Below are positions 1 to 9,386 of a stretch of 64,000 bases of DNA, one piece after another. This DNA is from Chloroflexota bacterium (lineage in GTDB: Bacteria > Chloroflexota > Ktedonobacteria > Ktedonobacterales > JADMIN01): assembly GCA_021323855.1 (NCBI GenBank), contig JAJPKE010000005.1:137346-201345 (forward strand), written 5' to 3'. The notes beneath the pieces are model-generated. The model worked only from the letters and a program-made list of their open reading frames with translations, was not told where the DNA came from and ran no database searches. The position numbers and the translations under genes were made by a program. Position 1 is the first letter of the stretch, and the number at the start of each line of letters is the position of its first letter.

Positions 1-1651
1 CCTCGTGCTGCGGCGTTTCGTCGGCGTTGGCAAGCGGATCAACATCAGGGTCGTTGCCCATCTGGAATGCGCCCGCCGGCACCTCACACAGTGGCGACTC
101 GATCACCTCGATGCCATGAATGGAGGTAATGTGAAAACCAAGCTGTTGCAGCCAGCGCGGCAGCCATTGCTGAAGATACGGCGTGACCGTCTCATCGTTC
201 AGCTTCAGGCGCATCAGCACTTCGGCGCGCACCCGCAGCATATCGGTGTCGCCGCCACCATCGCGCATCTCCTCAGCGGTATTTGCCAGCACATCGTCCC
301 AGAGTTGCTGGCTGATGAGCGCATCGCGTCGCTGTTTGAGCAGGTCGCGGCGCTGGGCATCGGTAATCGCACCGGTCGGCAGCATCGCGACGGCATAGTC
401 CCAGGTGGTGATAGCGTCTTGCATCAGGCCAAGTTGCTGCTGCGCCAGCGCCAGCGTCTGCCAGAGCTTTGGATAGAAGGGGTTGAGATCGGCGGATTTG
501 CGCGAGGCTTCGATGCACTGCTCCCAGCGGCGTAGTTCGCTATACGCCGTTGCCAGTTCACGGTAGAAGCGCGCGTCGCTGACCGGCTCGCCCAGGGAGA
601 GCGCAAACTCCGCGCGGCGCGTGACATCGCCCCAACGCTGCGAGGTAAACGAATCGTGGACCTCCGCGAGAAACTTCTTCAGTTGTGGCGACATCTCAGC
701 GTTCGCGGACGTGGCAGTCGTTTGGATACTTGGGCCGAATGGATTACTCTGCGATGCTATACCCACCTGCCCAGTTGGTGCTTGTATGCTCTGTGCCAAC
801 CGGTTATTGGCCTCGTGAATGGCGGCGAGGTCCTGATTGATCTGTTGAAGTCGCTCGCCACTCTGCTGCATTTCCTGCGAAGGCTGGCTGAACTGCCCTG
901 CGCCGCCCGCCTGGGTCGAAGAAGCAGGAGTCATCGCGGCATACATAGGAGGGGCAGGGTTAGGGTTGATTGGGGGGCTGGCGGGATGAGGATTGATGGG
1001 AGGATTCACAGGGAGAGGTTGCTGTGGTAGCGGCTGCGATGGCCATGCGCCGGGCTGGGTAGGTTGCGGCATGGGTTGCGGCGCCCACTGACCGGCGGGC
1101 GGATTGGCCGGATTGCTGGCTGGCGTCGCCGGTGGATAGCTGGGATATCCCGGCGCCGACGCAGGACCCGCATTTGGTGGAGGAGTAGCAGCGTTGCGTG
1201 CCATCCACTCGGCGTTGATGGCACGTAACGCGCCAACCAATCCGGTGAAGGCGATGTTGAACGGCTGATGGACAAAATCTGCCATCTGATAATCCATCAG
1301 CAGCGGCGCAAGCTGGCTGGCATCGCAAGGCTGAAGCAGCACGGTGATGATGCGCCGGTTGCGATTGGAGATAGTTTCGCGCAGCGCCAGGCTGACCTCA
1401 CGCCGCACATAATCAGAGGCGATGGCGTTCGGCGTCAGCACCAGGATGAACACCGGGCGCGCGATTACCTCTTGTTGCAGCCGCTCCAACCAGGTATCGC
1501 CGGATTGCAGCGAGCTTTCATCAAAGAAAATATAGCCAGGGTCCGCATACCCCAGGACGGAGCGGAGATGCGCCACAAAGGAGCGGCACCAGGGCTTGTC
1601 CGCATGCGAATAGCTCAGAAAGATACGTGGTGGTGACATCGGCGCCGACAT
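1..1651 (-). CDS. TIR-domain protein with Pro-rich linker, TPR-like region and C-terminal SUMF1/FGE-type domain (3' end runs off the window)
   Basis: Absent from ORF track because there is no stop inside the window. ATG at 1651-1649 with AAAGGA upstream. Hand translation MSAPMSPPRIFLSYSHADKPWCRSF...SDYVRREVSLALRE (TIR_2-like), P/Q-rich linker, TPR-like helices. Ends ...VPAGAFQMGNDPDVDPLANADETPQHE (typical FGE-sulfatase domain opening). Confidence 0.8.
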   Translation of the reverse strand, partial: MSAPMSPPRIFLSYSHADKPWCRSFVAHLRSVLGYADPGYIFFDESSLQSGDTWLERLQQEVIARPVFILVLTPNAIASDYVRREVSLALRETISNRNRRIITVLLQPCDASQLAPLLMDYQMADFVHQPFNIAFTGLVGALRAINAEWMARNAATPPPNAGPASAPGYPSYPPATPASNPANPPAGQWAPQPMPQPTQPGAWPSQPLPQQPLPVNPPINPHPASPPINPNPAPPMYAAMTPASSTQAGGAGQFSQPSQEMQQSGERLQQINQDLAAIHEANNRLAQSIQAPTGQVGIASQSNPFGPSIQTTATSANAEMSPQLKKFLAEVHDSFTSQRWGDVTRRAEFALSLGEPVSDARFYRELATAYSELRRWEQCIEASRKSADLNPFYPKLWQTLALAQQQLGLMQDAITTWDYAVAMLPTGAITDAQRRDLLKQRRDALISQQLWDDVLANTAEEMRDGGGDTDMLRVRAEVLMRLKLNDETVTPYLQQWLPRWLQQLGFHITSIHGIEVIESPLCEVPAGAFQMGNDPDVDPLANADETPQHE

Positions 1652-1822
1652 GCGTGATCCTTTCTGCCATGCTGCTCTCGATACAACTGAACGGTTGATC
1701 TCGTAGACACATCGCCGCGTTACTGTGGCGTCGTCAGTATAGCATGTGGCCGTCCACAATGGGCAAGCAACATTGTGGCAGGTCGGGCCGGCATATCGAA
1801 GGGATCGCGTTGCCCTCTGGCT

Positions 1823-1978
1823 CCCCTCTCCTATGGGAGAGGGGTAGGGGGTGAGGTCTCTCTCTGGCACCCCTCTCCCGCGCACGGGGACCGCCGCCGC
1901 GCGCTCGGAGAGCGCGAAGCAACCCATCGGGTTGCGGAGGCGGCGGGTGAGCGCAGCGGAGGGGCTAGGGGTGGGGGT
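1823..1978. repeat. Family A GC-rich palindromic element (inverted orientation, with an extra internal hairpin)
   Basis: CCCCTCTCC-TATG-GGAGAGGGG at 1823-1844, GGGGTGAGG..., second imperfect hairpin, terminal GGAGGGGCTAGGGGTGGGGGT. Reverse complement matches the copies at 14417 and 24339. Lies directly 3' of the stop at 1979. Confidence 0.8.
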
Positions 1979-2719
1979 CTAGTACAGCGCCTGAAATGCC
2001 GGCAGGTCGCGCAGGGAGTCGAGGTCGCTATCCTGCTTCGACCATTCGATCAGCGCGGGATTGAGCGGCAGAGAGGTGCGCAGTGATTCGATAGCTTTCT
2101 CCGGCTCGCCGTTCAGCGCATAGAAGCAGCCGAGGTTGTAGATGGCATTGGCATAGGCCTCCGATTTGCCGAGAATCTCACCAATGGCTTCAGCGTTCGC
2201 CGCGCGGATTCGCTGCGCCTTCACCATGTCGCCGCGCTCCCGGTAGAGCTGCGCGAAGTGGTCAGCAGGATGCTCATAGAAACTGCCAACGATCAGCGCG
2301 ACGAGCGGCTGCCCATTGCGCCAGGCATAATGGTTGGGATCAGTCCATTCCTCGTCGGAGAACCGTTCGATCTGCGTGTCAAGCGCGTCGAAGAGCCGGT
2401 CAGATTCGGCCATGAGATCGGCCCATTGCGCCTGCCTCCGCTCCTCGAAGACACGCTCGTTGACTGGCTGGAAATCGTCAGCATTCTCCGGCGTCTCGCC
2501 CTTCGCGGCAGCGTCTAAATCATTCAAGGACTTCTGGCGCCAGAAGTTCATGTGGGCGAAATGATCTTTGAGGCTCCAGTGATCCGGCTCACCACTCGCG
2601 GCCTGCTCTGCCGGGGTCGTATCAGCGACGAACGCCTGCTGCTCGGCGCGCGCGCGGGCCACCAGGGTATGCAGCTTCGGTTTGATGGATGTGCTGGTCT
2701 GTTGCGTGTTCGGATCCAT
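1979..2719 (-). CDS. DinB/ClbS-like four-helix-bundle protein with C-terminal TPR region
   Basis: 246-aa ORF. HWSLKDHFAHMNFWRQ resembles ClbS/DfsB-DinB family. C-terminal AYANAIYNLGCFYALNGEPEKAIESL is TPR-like. Confidence 0.65.
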   Translation of the reverse strand: MDPNTQQTSTSIKPKLHTLVARARAEQQAFVADTTPAEQAASGEPDHWSLKDHFAHMNFWRQKSLNDLDAAAKGETPENADDFQPVNERVFEERRQAQWADLMAESDRLFDALDTQIERFSDEEWTDPNHYAWRNGQPLVALIVGSFYEHPADHFAQLYRERGDMVKAQRIRAANAEAIGEILGKSEAYANAIYNLGCFYALNGEPEKAIESLRTSLPLNPALIEWSKQDSDLDSLRDLPAFQALY

Positions 2720-2921
2720 GTCGGCTGTCTCTTTCTACTGCAAAGGTGAAATTGGTGGGAATTGCCTGAACATGTCTGCATCTATCTACGAGGGAGAGCG
2801 GTTGTTGCCTGCACAGGTTAGTTTACCACCAAAAGCGAAGTTAGGTGGTCAGATTTCTGATGAGAAATAGCGAAAAAGAGAGGACAAGGACATAGATGGA
2901 GGGATACAAGAGATACATCGG

Positions 2922-2994
2922 TGGGTGGCAAGGGACTCGAACCCCTGACATCTTGCGTGTAAAGCAAGCGCTCTACCAACTGAGCTAGCCACCC
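2922..2994 (-). tRNA. tRNA-Val (anticodon TAC)
   Basis: Hand-folded cloverleaf, 73 nt. Acceptor GGGTGGC/GCCACCC, anticodon arm CTTGC-TTTACAC-GCAAG, T-loop TTCGAGT. No encoded CCA. Confidence 0.9.
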
Positions 2995-3086
2995 GCAAAC
3001 CATCATGGCATGACAACGCCAGCTAGAAATGAGACGACGTGCAGACAACCGCTCATGTTGCGACGCCGCACGTCAAGACATTTCAC

Positions 3087-3171
3087 CGGACATTGCTGGT
3101 GCCCCCGAGTGGACTCGAACCACAACGCCCTTACGGGCACAGGCCCTCAACCTGCCGCGTATACCATTCCG
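3087..3171 (-). tRNA. tRNA-Leu (anticodon GAG), type II with long variable arm, CCA encoded
   Basis: Acceptor GCCCCCG/CGGGGGC, anticodon arm GCAGG-TTGAGGG-CCTGT, variable arm GCCCGTAAGGGCG, T-loop TTCGAGT, terminal ACCA. Confidence 0.9.
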
Positions 3172-3252
3172 CCACGGGGGCATATCCTAATGTGGCGACT
3201 CGCGCCGCCGCATGTAAGTATACCCATCCGTGCGAAGGATTGTCAACTTCTA

Positions 3253-4245
3253 TTAATTCGTCACATAGTCGTCGCGCCGGACGATGCCCCTCATACGCTC
3301 GCCCATGAGAAAGCGCGCGATATTTTCGGTAGCGTGCTGCGTTGCCTCCGCCATGATGCCGGAGACCGTGCCGGAATTATGCGGCGAGCCGAGCAGGTTG
3401 GGCAGCGTGAAGAACGGGTAATTCAGGTGGAACGGTCGCCCGCTGAATCGCTCCTGCCACCAGGTGTCAATGCCCGCCAGGAATTGTGGGTGTGCGCTGA
3501 GATGCTCATAGAGCGCTCCCTCTTCGATCAATGCGCCGCGTGCCACATTGATGAGGATGGCGTCTGGTTTCATCCAGCCTAGCTCACGTGCGCCGATCAG
3601 GTTGCGCGTCTGCCGGGTCAGCGGCAGGGATAGCACGACGATATCGGCCTCCCGCAGCGCGCGTTCCAGGTCGGCCAGCGTGCCAGCCCACAGCACCGAC
3701 TCATCTGTCTGCCCGCTCTGGTTGATGGCGATGATCTCTGCGCCGAATGCGCGTAGCAGCCGCGCAGTCGCCTGGCCGATGCCACCGAAGCCGATAATTG
3801 CCGCCGTTGCGCCGCGCATGCGCCGGTTAGGGATGGATTGGTCGAAGATGCCGCTGGCGAGCTTCTGCTGCTCGGCCAGCAGGCGCTTTTGCAGCGCCAG
3901 CGTCATTGCCAGCACATGTTCAGCCATCGGGTCGGCATAGGCTCCGGCATTGCTGGCGATGGTCGCCTGCGCGGGAAATTGCGCAAACGGCAGATGATCT
4001 ACTCCGGCGGAAAGCGTCTGAATCAGCCGCACGTGTTCCAGATGTGCAAAATCGTCGCCGGTCAGTTCGCGCGGCACATTCCAGGTGAACAGCACAGCAG
4101 CCGCGTCCAGCGCCGCCATGCGCTGCCCTGCGCCATCGAGTTCTGGCAGGATGGCGATATCCGCCAGCGGCGACAACCGCTCTATGATAATGGCGCGCTC
4201 CCTGGGGCGCGGCGCAAACGAAACAGCAACGTGTGGTGCAGCCAT
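3253..4245 (-). CDS. D-isomer-specific 2-hydroxyacid dehydrogenase family, NAD-binding
   Basis: 330-aa ORF. Rossmann motif IIGFGGIGQATARLL and catalytic-region ARGALIEE...GSPHNSG typical of the family. Confidence 0.8.
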   Translation of the reverse strand: MAAPHVAVSFAPRPRERAIIIERLSPLADIAILPELDGAGQRMAALDAAAVLFTWNVPRELTGDDFAHLEHVRLIQTLSAGVDHLPFAQFPAQATIASNAGAYADPMAEHVLAMTLALQKRLLAEQQKLASGIFDQSIPNRRMRGATAAIIGFGGIGQATARLLRAFGAEIIAINQSGQTDESVLWAGTLADLERALREADIVVLSLPLTRQTRNLIGARELGWMKPDAILINVARGALIEEGALYEHLSAHPQFLAGIDTWWQERFSGRPFHLNYPFFTLPNLLGSPHNSGTVSGIMAEATQHATENIARFLMGERMRGIVRRDDYVTN

Positions 4246-4401
4246 GTATCCTTTATCCTCGCTTGTCTCCGCCTTATATCGCTTCTACCCAAATCATAGG
4301 GCATGCGGTCGAGAACAGGATAAGTAGATGATTGACGCAGCCTTGCGCACGGCGCTATCATGAGATGCACCCGATGCAACGGTGCAGAAGGGAACGCACA
4401 C

Positions 4402-5919
4402 ATGTCAGCTCAGCCAGCGACGCCTCAGCATGACACACTCCAACATGACCAAGCGCCTGATACGTACCACCCATCTACACCACCGGCATCTGCCCTCGAT
4501 ATGTCCGGCTTAGCCGGGGCGGAAGCGGCGTTCAAGCAAGCTTATCCCGCCTTCGCCACCACCCAGCGCCTCGATGAGCTACGCGCCAGCGAGTATCTGC
4601 GGTTGGACCAGACGGGCAACATTTACCTCGATTACACCGGCGGCGGCCTCTATGCCGACTCCCAGGTGCGTGCGCATGCGGACCTGCTGGCGCAGAACGT
4701 CTTCGGCAATCCGCACTCCACCAACCCCACCTCGCTGGCAATGACGCTGCTGGTGGAGCAGACGCGCGCCGCCGTCCTCAGCTTCTTCAATGCCTCGCCA
4801 GACGAATATACAGTGATTTTTACGCAGAACGCCAGCGGCGCGCTTAAGCTGGTCGGCGAATCTTATCCCTTCGGCCCGGATGACCGCTATCTGCTGACCT
4901 TCGACAACCATAACTCTGTCAACGGCATCCGCGAATTTGCGCGAGCAAAGGGCGCGCATGTCACCTATGTGCCGGTGATTCCGCCGGATATGTACCTCGA
5001 CGATGAACGGCTGGTGGCAGCGCTTACCGAGGCGCGACCAGGCGGCCACAACCTCTTTGCCTATCCAGCGCAATCGAACTTCTCAGGCGTGCAGCATGCG
5101 TTAGAATGGATCGAACGCGCGCAGGCTGCCGGTTGGGATGTGCTGCTGGACGCCGCCGCCTTCGTGCCAACGAATACGCTAGACCTCAGCCGCTGGCATC
5201 CAGATTTCGTCTCGCTCTCCTTCTACAAGATGTTCGGATATCCGACGGGTGTAGGTTGCCTGCTGGCGCGCAAGAAGACGCTGGCGAAGCTGCACCGCCC
5301 CTGGTTCGCCGGTGGAACCATCACCGTCGCCTCGGTCCAGGGCGACCGCTACTATCTGCACGAAGGCGGCGAGGCGTTCGAGGACGGCACCATCAACTAT
5401 CTGACGCTGCCAGCGGTGGAGATCGGTCTGCGCCATATCGCGGCGATTGGGTTGGAGACGATTCACACGCGCGTCTACTGCTTAGCCGGGTGGCTGCTGG
5501 ATGCGTTGGTGGCCCTGCGCCACAGCAACGGCGCGCAGGTGGTGCATATCTATGGCCCCACGACGATGCAGCGGCGCGGCGGCACTATCACGCTGAACTT
5601 CTATGATCCCGATGGGCGCTTCATAGATCACCGGCTGGTGGAGCAGCGCGCCAACGAAGCGCGTATTTCGCTGCGTACTGGTTGCTTCTGCAATCCCGGT
5701 GGCGGCGAGCTTGCGCTGGGCATCTCCGCCGAAGAGCTATCCACCTGTTTCGTCGGCCACACCGAGCGGCTGGCGCTGGAAGAGTTCCGCCGCTGCATAG
5801 ACGCGAAAAGCACCGGCGCGGTGCGCGTCTCCGTCGGCCTCGTCACCACCTTCGCCGATGTGTATGCCTTCGCGCAGTTCGCTCGTGGCTTTCTGGACAA
5901 GCATGTGGACGAGGTGTGA
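4402..5919 (+). CDS. Class V aminotransferase-fold PLP enzyme (MoCo-sulfurase / cysteine desulfurase-like)
   Basis: ORF 4360..5919. Likely ATG at 4402 (MSAQPATPQ). SLSFYKMFGYPTGVGCLLARK carries the PLP-lysine context of MOSC-N/ABA3-like desulfurases. Confidence 0.7.
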   Translation: MSAQPATPQHDTLQHDQAPDTYHPSTPPASALDMSGLAGAEAAFKQAYPAFATTQRLDELRASEYLRLDQTGNIYLDYTGGGLYADSQVRAHADLLAQNVFGNPHSTNPTSLAMTLLVEQTRAAVLSFFNASPDEYTVIFTQNASGALKLVGESYPFGPDDRYLLTFDNHNSVNGIREFARAKGAHVTYVPVIPPDMYLDDERLVAALTEARPGGHNLFAYPAQSNFSGVQHALEWIERAQAAGWDVLLDAAAFVPTNTLDLSRWHPDFVSLSFYKMFGYPTGVGCLLARKKTLAKLHRPWFAGGTITVASVQGDRYYLHEGGEAFEDGTINYLTLPAVEIGLRHIAAIGLETIHTRVYCLAGWLLDALVALRHSNGAQVVHIYGPTTMQRRGGTITLNFYDPDGRFIDHRLVEQRANEARISLRTGCFCNPGGGELALGISAEELSTCFVGHTERLALEEFRRCIDAKSTGAVRVSVGLVTTFADVYAFAQFARGFLDKHVDEV

Positions 5920-5931
5920 TATTCGCTTGCT

Positions 5932-6070
5932 CTCGGCTTTGAAAAGCCGGGGCACGGTGAGAGAGACTAACCTCGGCTTTGAAAAGCCGGAGCACGGTGA
6001 TATGGGCTAAAGCCCGTCTGTGGGGACTTCAGTCCTCGTGGCGTGCGTCGGCAATTTATTGCCGCGACGC
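5932..6070. repeat. Family B mini-hairpin array (copy B1)
   Basis: CTCGGCTTTGAAAAGCCGG(G/A)GCACGGTGA occurs twice with a 40-nt period (5932, 5972). Followed by GGGCTAAAGCCC, GGACTTCAGTCC, GGCAATTTATTGCC. Convergent spacer. Confidence 0.8.
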
Positions 6071-6077
6071 GGAAACG

Positions 6078-7160
6078 CTACAGCCCAGCGATGAATCCGG
6101 CGAGCGCCTGGCGCATCTCCTCACCGCTCAGGCGCTCCCAGACCGGGCCGGCGGCGGCGCGCAACTGATCGCTTTCCTGCGTCAGCGCGGCGAAGTAGCT
6201 ATCGAGCGCGGGGGTGGATGGCAACGCGCGCACGATTTCCCTGGCGACGAGCAAATCATGCAAGCGCCCAAGCTGGTCCTGCGCGGCCTTCAGCGTCGCG
6301 AGTATCAGTTCCACCGGCTCCGGCTCGTGCCCGGACTTGAAGCCGAATAGGTGCAGGCTATAGCGCAGTTCCTTGCAGGCAATGCGCAGCGCATGCAACG
6401 TCTCCATTGAAGCGTCCGGTAGGTCGGTTTCGTAGCGCAGGATGGCTTCATAGCGTTGCCAGAGGGCGCTGCCCACAAAATGACGCACGAGGATGGGGTG
6501 TACTCCCGGCGGCTCCTTGCGCTTGCGGGTGAGTTTGCGCAGCGCACGCAGCAGGCGGCGCGTCTGCTTCGCCGCTAACAGGTTATCCAACGCATCGCGC
6601 GCGGCGGTCTGCCTGCGCTGCAATTCATCGCGGAGCGGGCGGAGGTCAGCGCACTGATCGCCGGTATTGCCGGTATCACTGGCGTCATGAGTATTCTGAG
6701 TATTCTGGCGCTGCTCTTCATACGCAGCCAACAGACCGAGCAAGACATCGCCATCACGCACATCACCGAGCGCCTGCGCCAGCGTACCCAGCCGCGCATG
6801 CAGACCGCGCAGCCGTTTCCGTGTGAAGCCGGGCGCCGGTTCGAGCAGTTGCAGCAGCGTGCGCAGCTCGCGCGACGCCACCCGCGCATCGTGAATAGCC
6901 TCAGCGTCATATTCATGCTGGTCGCGCTGGCCGCCATCGCCATGCTGTAGCGCGCGTACGTTTTTGCGCAACCGCTTGAACTGGGTATGGAGCGCCTGAT
7001 ACCCCGCCGTTTCTAGCGGCATGTGCCCAACAGCGGTGGACTCAACCAGCATAGCGGCATGGCTGCGCTGGTTGTGCTGAAACTGTTGCGTATACCGATT
7101 GTCTTGGCCGCTCTGTTGAATGCGTGATCTGGAGCGGTTGGAATGCGTTTGTGTCTTCAC
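6078..7160 (-). CDS. CHAD domain-containing protein
   Basis: 360-aa ORF. Repeated helical R..LR motifs (HDARVASRELRTLLQL, LRIACKELRYSLHLF) typical of CHAD. Confidence 0.7.
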   Translation of the reverse strand: MKTQTHSNRSRSRIQQSGQDNRYTQQFQHNQRSHAAMLVESTAVGHMPLETAGYQALHTQFKRLRKNVRALQHGDGGQRDQHEYDAEAIHDARVASRELRTLLQLLEPAPGFTRKRLRGLHARLGTLAQALGDVRDGDVLLGLLAAYEEQRQNTQNTHDASDTGNTGDQCADLRPLRDELQRRQTAARDALDNLLAAKQTRRLLRALRKLTRKRKEPPGVHPILVRHFVGSALWQRYEAILRYETDLPDASMETLHALRIACKELRYSLHLFGFKSGHEPEPVELILATLKAAQDQLGRLHDLLVAREIVRALPSTPALDSYFAALTQESDQLRAAAGPVWERLSGEEMRQALAGFIAGL

Positions 7161-7511
7161 GTGGTGTCTGCCCCATCAGCAGAAGCAGACGGAAATGCCC
7201 GCCCTGCCAGACTAACACGTCAACACGACATCGAGTGTTGCGCAAGCTCCTGTATTCAGGCTCCTGTTTTCAAACTACTATATTATCTCACTACTCACAT
7301 CTCGCATCTTATATGCCCATCTGGAACTCTTGTGCGACTGGACGCGCCGTAAACCACATGGTACACTATCATCCATATCCATGAAAGCACTCTTCTGAAC
7401 GCCCTGATTGTTTGCGCAATGCGAAAGGGGAATCGAAGATGCGTCTGCCATATCTGACCGGGGTCTGCACACGCACGACGCACGTAAGGTCTGCGCGTGT
7501 GCAGAGCAAGA

Positions 7512-7557
7512 AACAGGCACTGTGAGCGTTATTGCTTGCGGTGCCTTCCTGTTTTTT
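7512..7557 (+). terminator. Orphan intrinsic terminator (no annotated upstream plus-strand gene)
   Basis: AACAGGCAC...GTGCCTTCCTGTT stem followed by a T-run (7552-7557). Preceded by an 11-bp perfect hairpin, 7464-7474 / 7495-7505. Confidence 0.6.
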
Positions 7558-7909
7558 GGCGCAAAGCACAGCCAATCGCCACGGCGCAACTATGGTCAGA
7601 TGATCTTCGGTCTCCTGATCGTCGGGGTCTGAAAGTCAGAGGAGCGCCTCCTTCAGTTTTCAGTCGCGTTAGTCAGTTGGCATGACAGGCTATGTGCTGG
7701 GTTTCACGCCGGGAGGAGGACCATGCAAACCCAGGCACACATCAGCGCACAAGTGTCGTTCATCTGTCGTTCATCAGCACGTTTTCGGGTGGAGCAGGAA
7801 TGAAGAGGCAGCAGAGCAGGCGAAGCCGCCTATGCACAGCCAGCGCTATGGCCGGCCAGAGATGCGCTGCTCTTCATCGTTCACCGGAGAACACAGAGAG
7901 AAACGGAGC

Positions 7910-8188
7910 ATGCCCATGCACTCCAGCATGATCGGAAAGATCGCCAAAGCCAAGCAGTACGCCCAGGAGCCGGAACGCATTCAATTCAGCCAATTCGCGG
8001 CGACTTTCCGTGGTGAGAACGATACACATACCACCAGTTTCGACAATGGCGCCTGGAACTGTACCTGCCGCTTCTTCTCCGATTGGGGCACCTGTTGCCA
8101 TACAATGGCTATCGAGCGTGTCCTCGGCGTGATGGTGCCCGCCGACCAACGCCAGGGCGAACCACTCAATTTGAGCGCCACATCTTAA
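7910..8188 (+). CDS. Small SWIM zinc-finger protein
   Basis: GGAG then ATG at 7910. CTCRFFSDWGTCCH fits the SWIM CxCx(n)CxH motif. The upstream part of ORF 7682..8188 has non-protein-like composition. Confidence 0.6.
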   Translation: MPMHSSMIGKIAKAKQYAQEPERIQFSQFAATFRGENDTHTTSFDNGAWNCTCRFFSDWGTCCHTMAIERVLGVMVPADQRQGEPLNLSATS

Positions 8189-8349
8189 TCAAAATAAGAG
8201 CCAGCTTCTAATCGCCAGCGCAGTTAGCGCTACATCAATCGCCAGTTTGTCTCGAACTCTATGGCGTGAAGGGTGGCTGTGTGTCCAAATCGCACAGCCG
8301 CTTTTTTATGGGCCTTTCTATGAGTCTACGAGTCTACGAGGCCAGGGAC

Positions 8350-9309
8350 CTAAAGCGCCACCTCGAAGCCCCAGACACTGCTGAACGATTGCCCCGGTTC
8401 AAGAACGGCCAACCCCAACCCGTTGTTATAAGCGTTCGCTGCGCAGGTATACGGCTCGATAGCCAGGCCATGCCGTCGCCGCTCACGAGCTTGCACCGTG
8501 TCGCCGGTGAAGACCTGGAGATACTGATAGGCGGCGTCCATATAGAGTGTGATGCGCGGCGTGCCAGCGGGTGCGGCGAAGATCACACGCGCATAGCCAT
8601 CGGCGTCGCGGGCCAGATCGGTGAAGCCGGTATCCATGACGGTTGAGCCGATGTCACGCGGCGTCCGGAAATCGTAGAGCGTGCCCTCCACACTGACCGA
8701 CGGTAGCATCGGAATCTGTCGCTGATCGGTATGGAAGTAGGCGCGAGCGGGCAGCGTGAGCAGATCGGCGTCAATCGTCTCCGAGCCGACAGTGAAATAG
8801 GGGTGATGCCCGGCGCCATACGGCAGGAGGTCCGCGCCAATGTTGCGCGCAGTCGTCCGCATTTCCAGCCCGTTCTCAGTGAGTTGATAGGTCGCCTGTA
8901 GTGCAAGGACGAAGGGATAGCCTGGCTGTGCGTGCAGCGTGAGCGCCAGCGTCAGCCGGTCCTCGCCCTGCTCAACCAACCGCCAGTTCATCCAGCGTGT
9001 CATGCCGTGGATAGCGTGATGCGGGCCGACCTCGTTGATCGGCAACTGATACTGCTCGCCACGGAAGACGTACTTGCCGTCCGCGATACGGTTGGGAAAC
9101 GGCAGCAAGAGCGCGCCCCGGCCATCCACTGGCATATGGTCCTGCTCGTAGGTGTCCAGGAACGAGCGCCCGCCGACTGAAAACACGCGCAACCCTGCGC
9201 CCATCTCCGTCACGACGGCGCGCGTCGCTCCCCGGCGTAGCTCGAATTGCTGCCCCGATGGCAACGCTGATGCCGATGCTTCGCTCATACTCCCGGCTCC
9301 TATGCCCAC
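8350..9309 (-). CDS. Aldose 1-epimerase (galactose mutarotase-like) family
   Basis: 319-aa ORF. FPNRIADGKY, HGMTRW and GAGHHPYF motifs. Confidence 0.8.
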   Translation of the reverse strand: MGIGAGSMSEASASALPSGQQFELRRGATRAVVTEMGAGLRVFSVGGRSFLDTYEQDHMPVDGRGALLLPFPNRIADGKYVFRGEQYQLPINEVGPHHAIHGMTRWMNWRLVEQGEDRLTLALTLHAQPGYPFVLALQATYQLTENGLEMRTTARNIGADLLPYGAGHHPYFTVGSETIDADLLTLPARAYFHTDQRQIPMLPSVSVEGTLYDFRTPRDIGSTVMDTGFTDLARDADGYARVIFAAPAGTPRITLYMDAAYQYLQVFTGDTVQARERRRHGLAIEPYTCAANAYNNGLGLAVLEPGQSFSSVWGFEVAL

Positions 9310-9386
9310 TGTATCTCCGCCCTACGTCTTCGCCACCCATAGCTATAGGAGCATTTGCACATCAGGTGCCAGCAATTCATGCGAGA

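Noticed and set aside
5-1636. Track ORFs 5..535, 656..1030, 960..1328 and 1268..1636 in the first 1.6 kb.
   Set aside because: All are off-frame or antisense to the continuous minus-strand TIR/TPR/FGE reading frame, which gives a sensible domain sequence. The track omitted that frame only because it has no stop in the window.
1734-2086. ORFs spanning family A repeats (1734..1922, 1775..2086, 14183..14554, 24282..24476, 36712..36909, 53097..53312).
   Set aside because: They translate the GC-rich palindromes (PLSRARGRGWGWG-type peptides), appear in both orientations, and lie in intergenic positions.
2818-3582. ORFs overlapping tRNA genes (2818..3048, 3010..3582, 3039..3308, 27587..27970, 27790..28058, 47763..48242, 47980..48198).
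   Set aside because: They overlap hand-folded canonical tRNAs and have no coding features.
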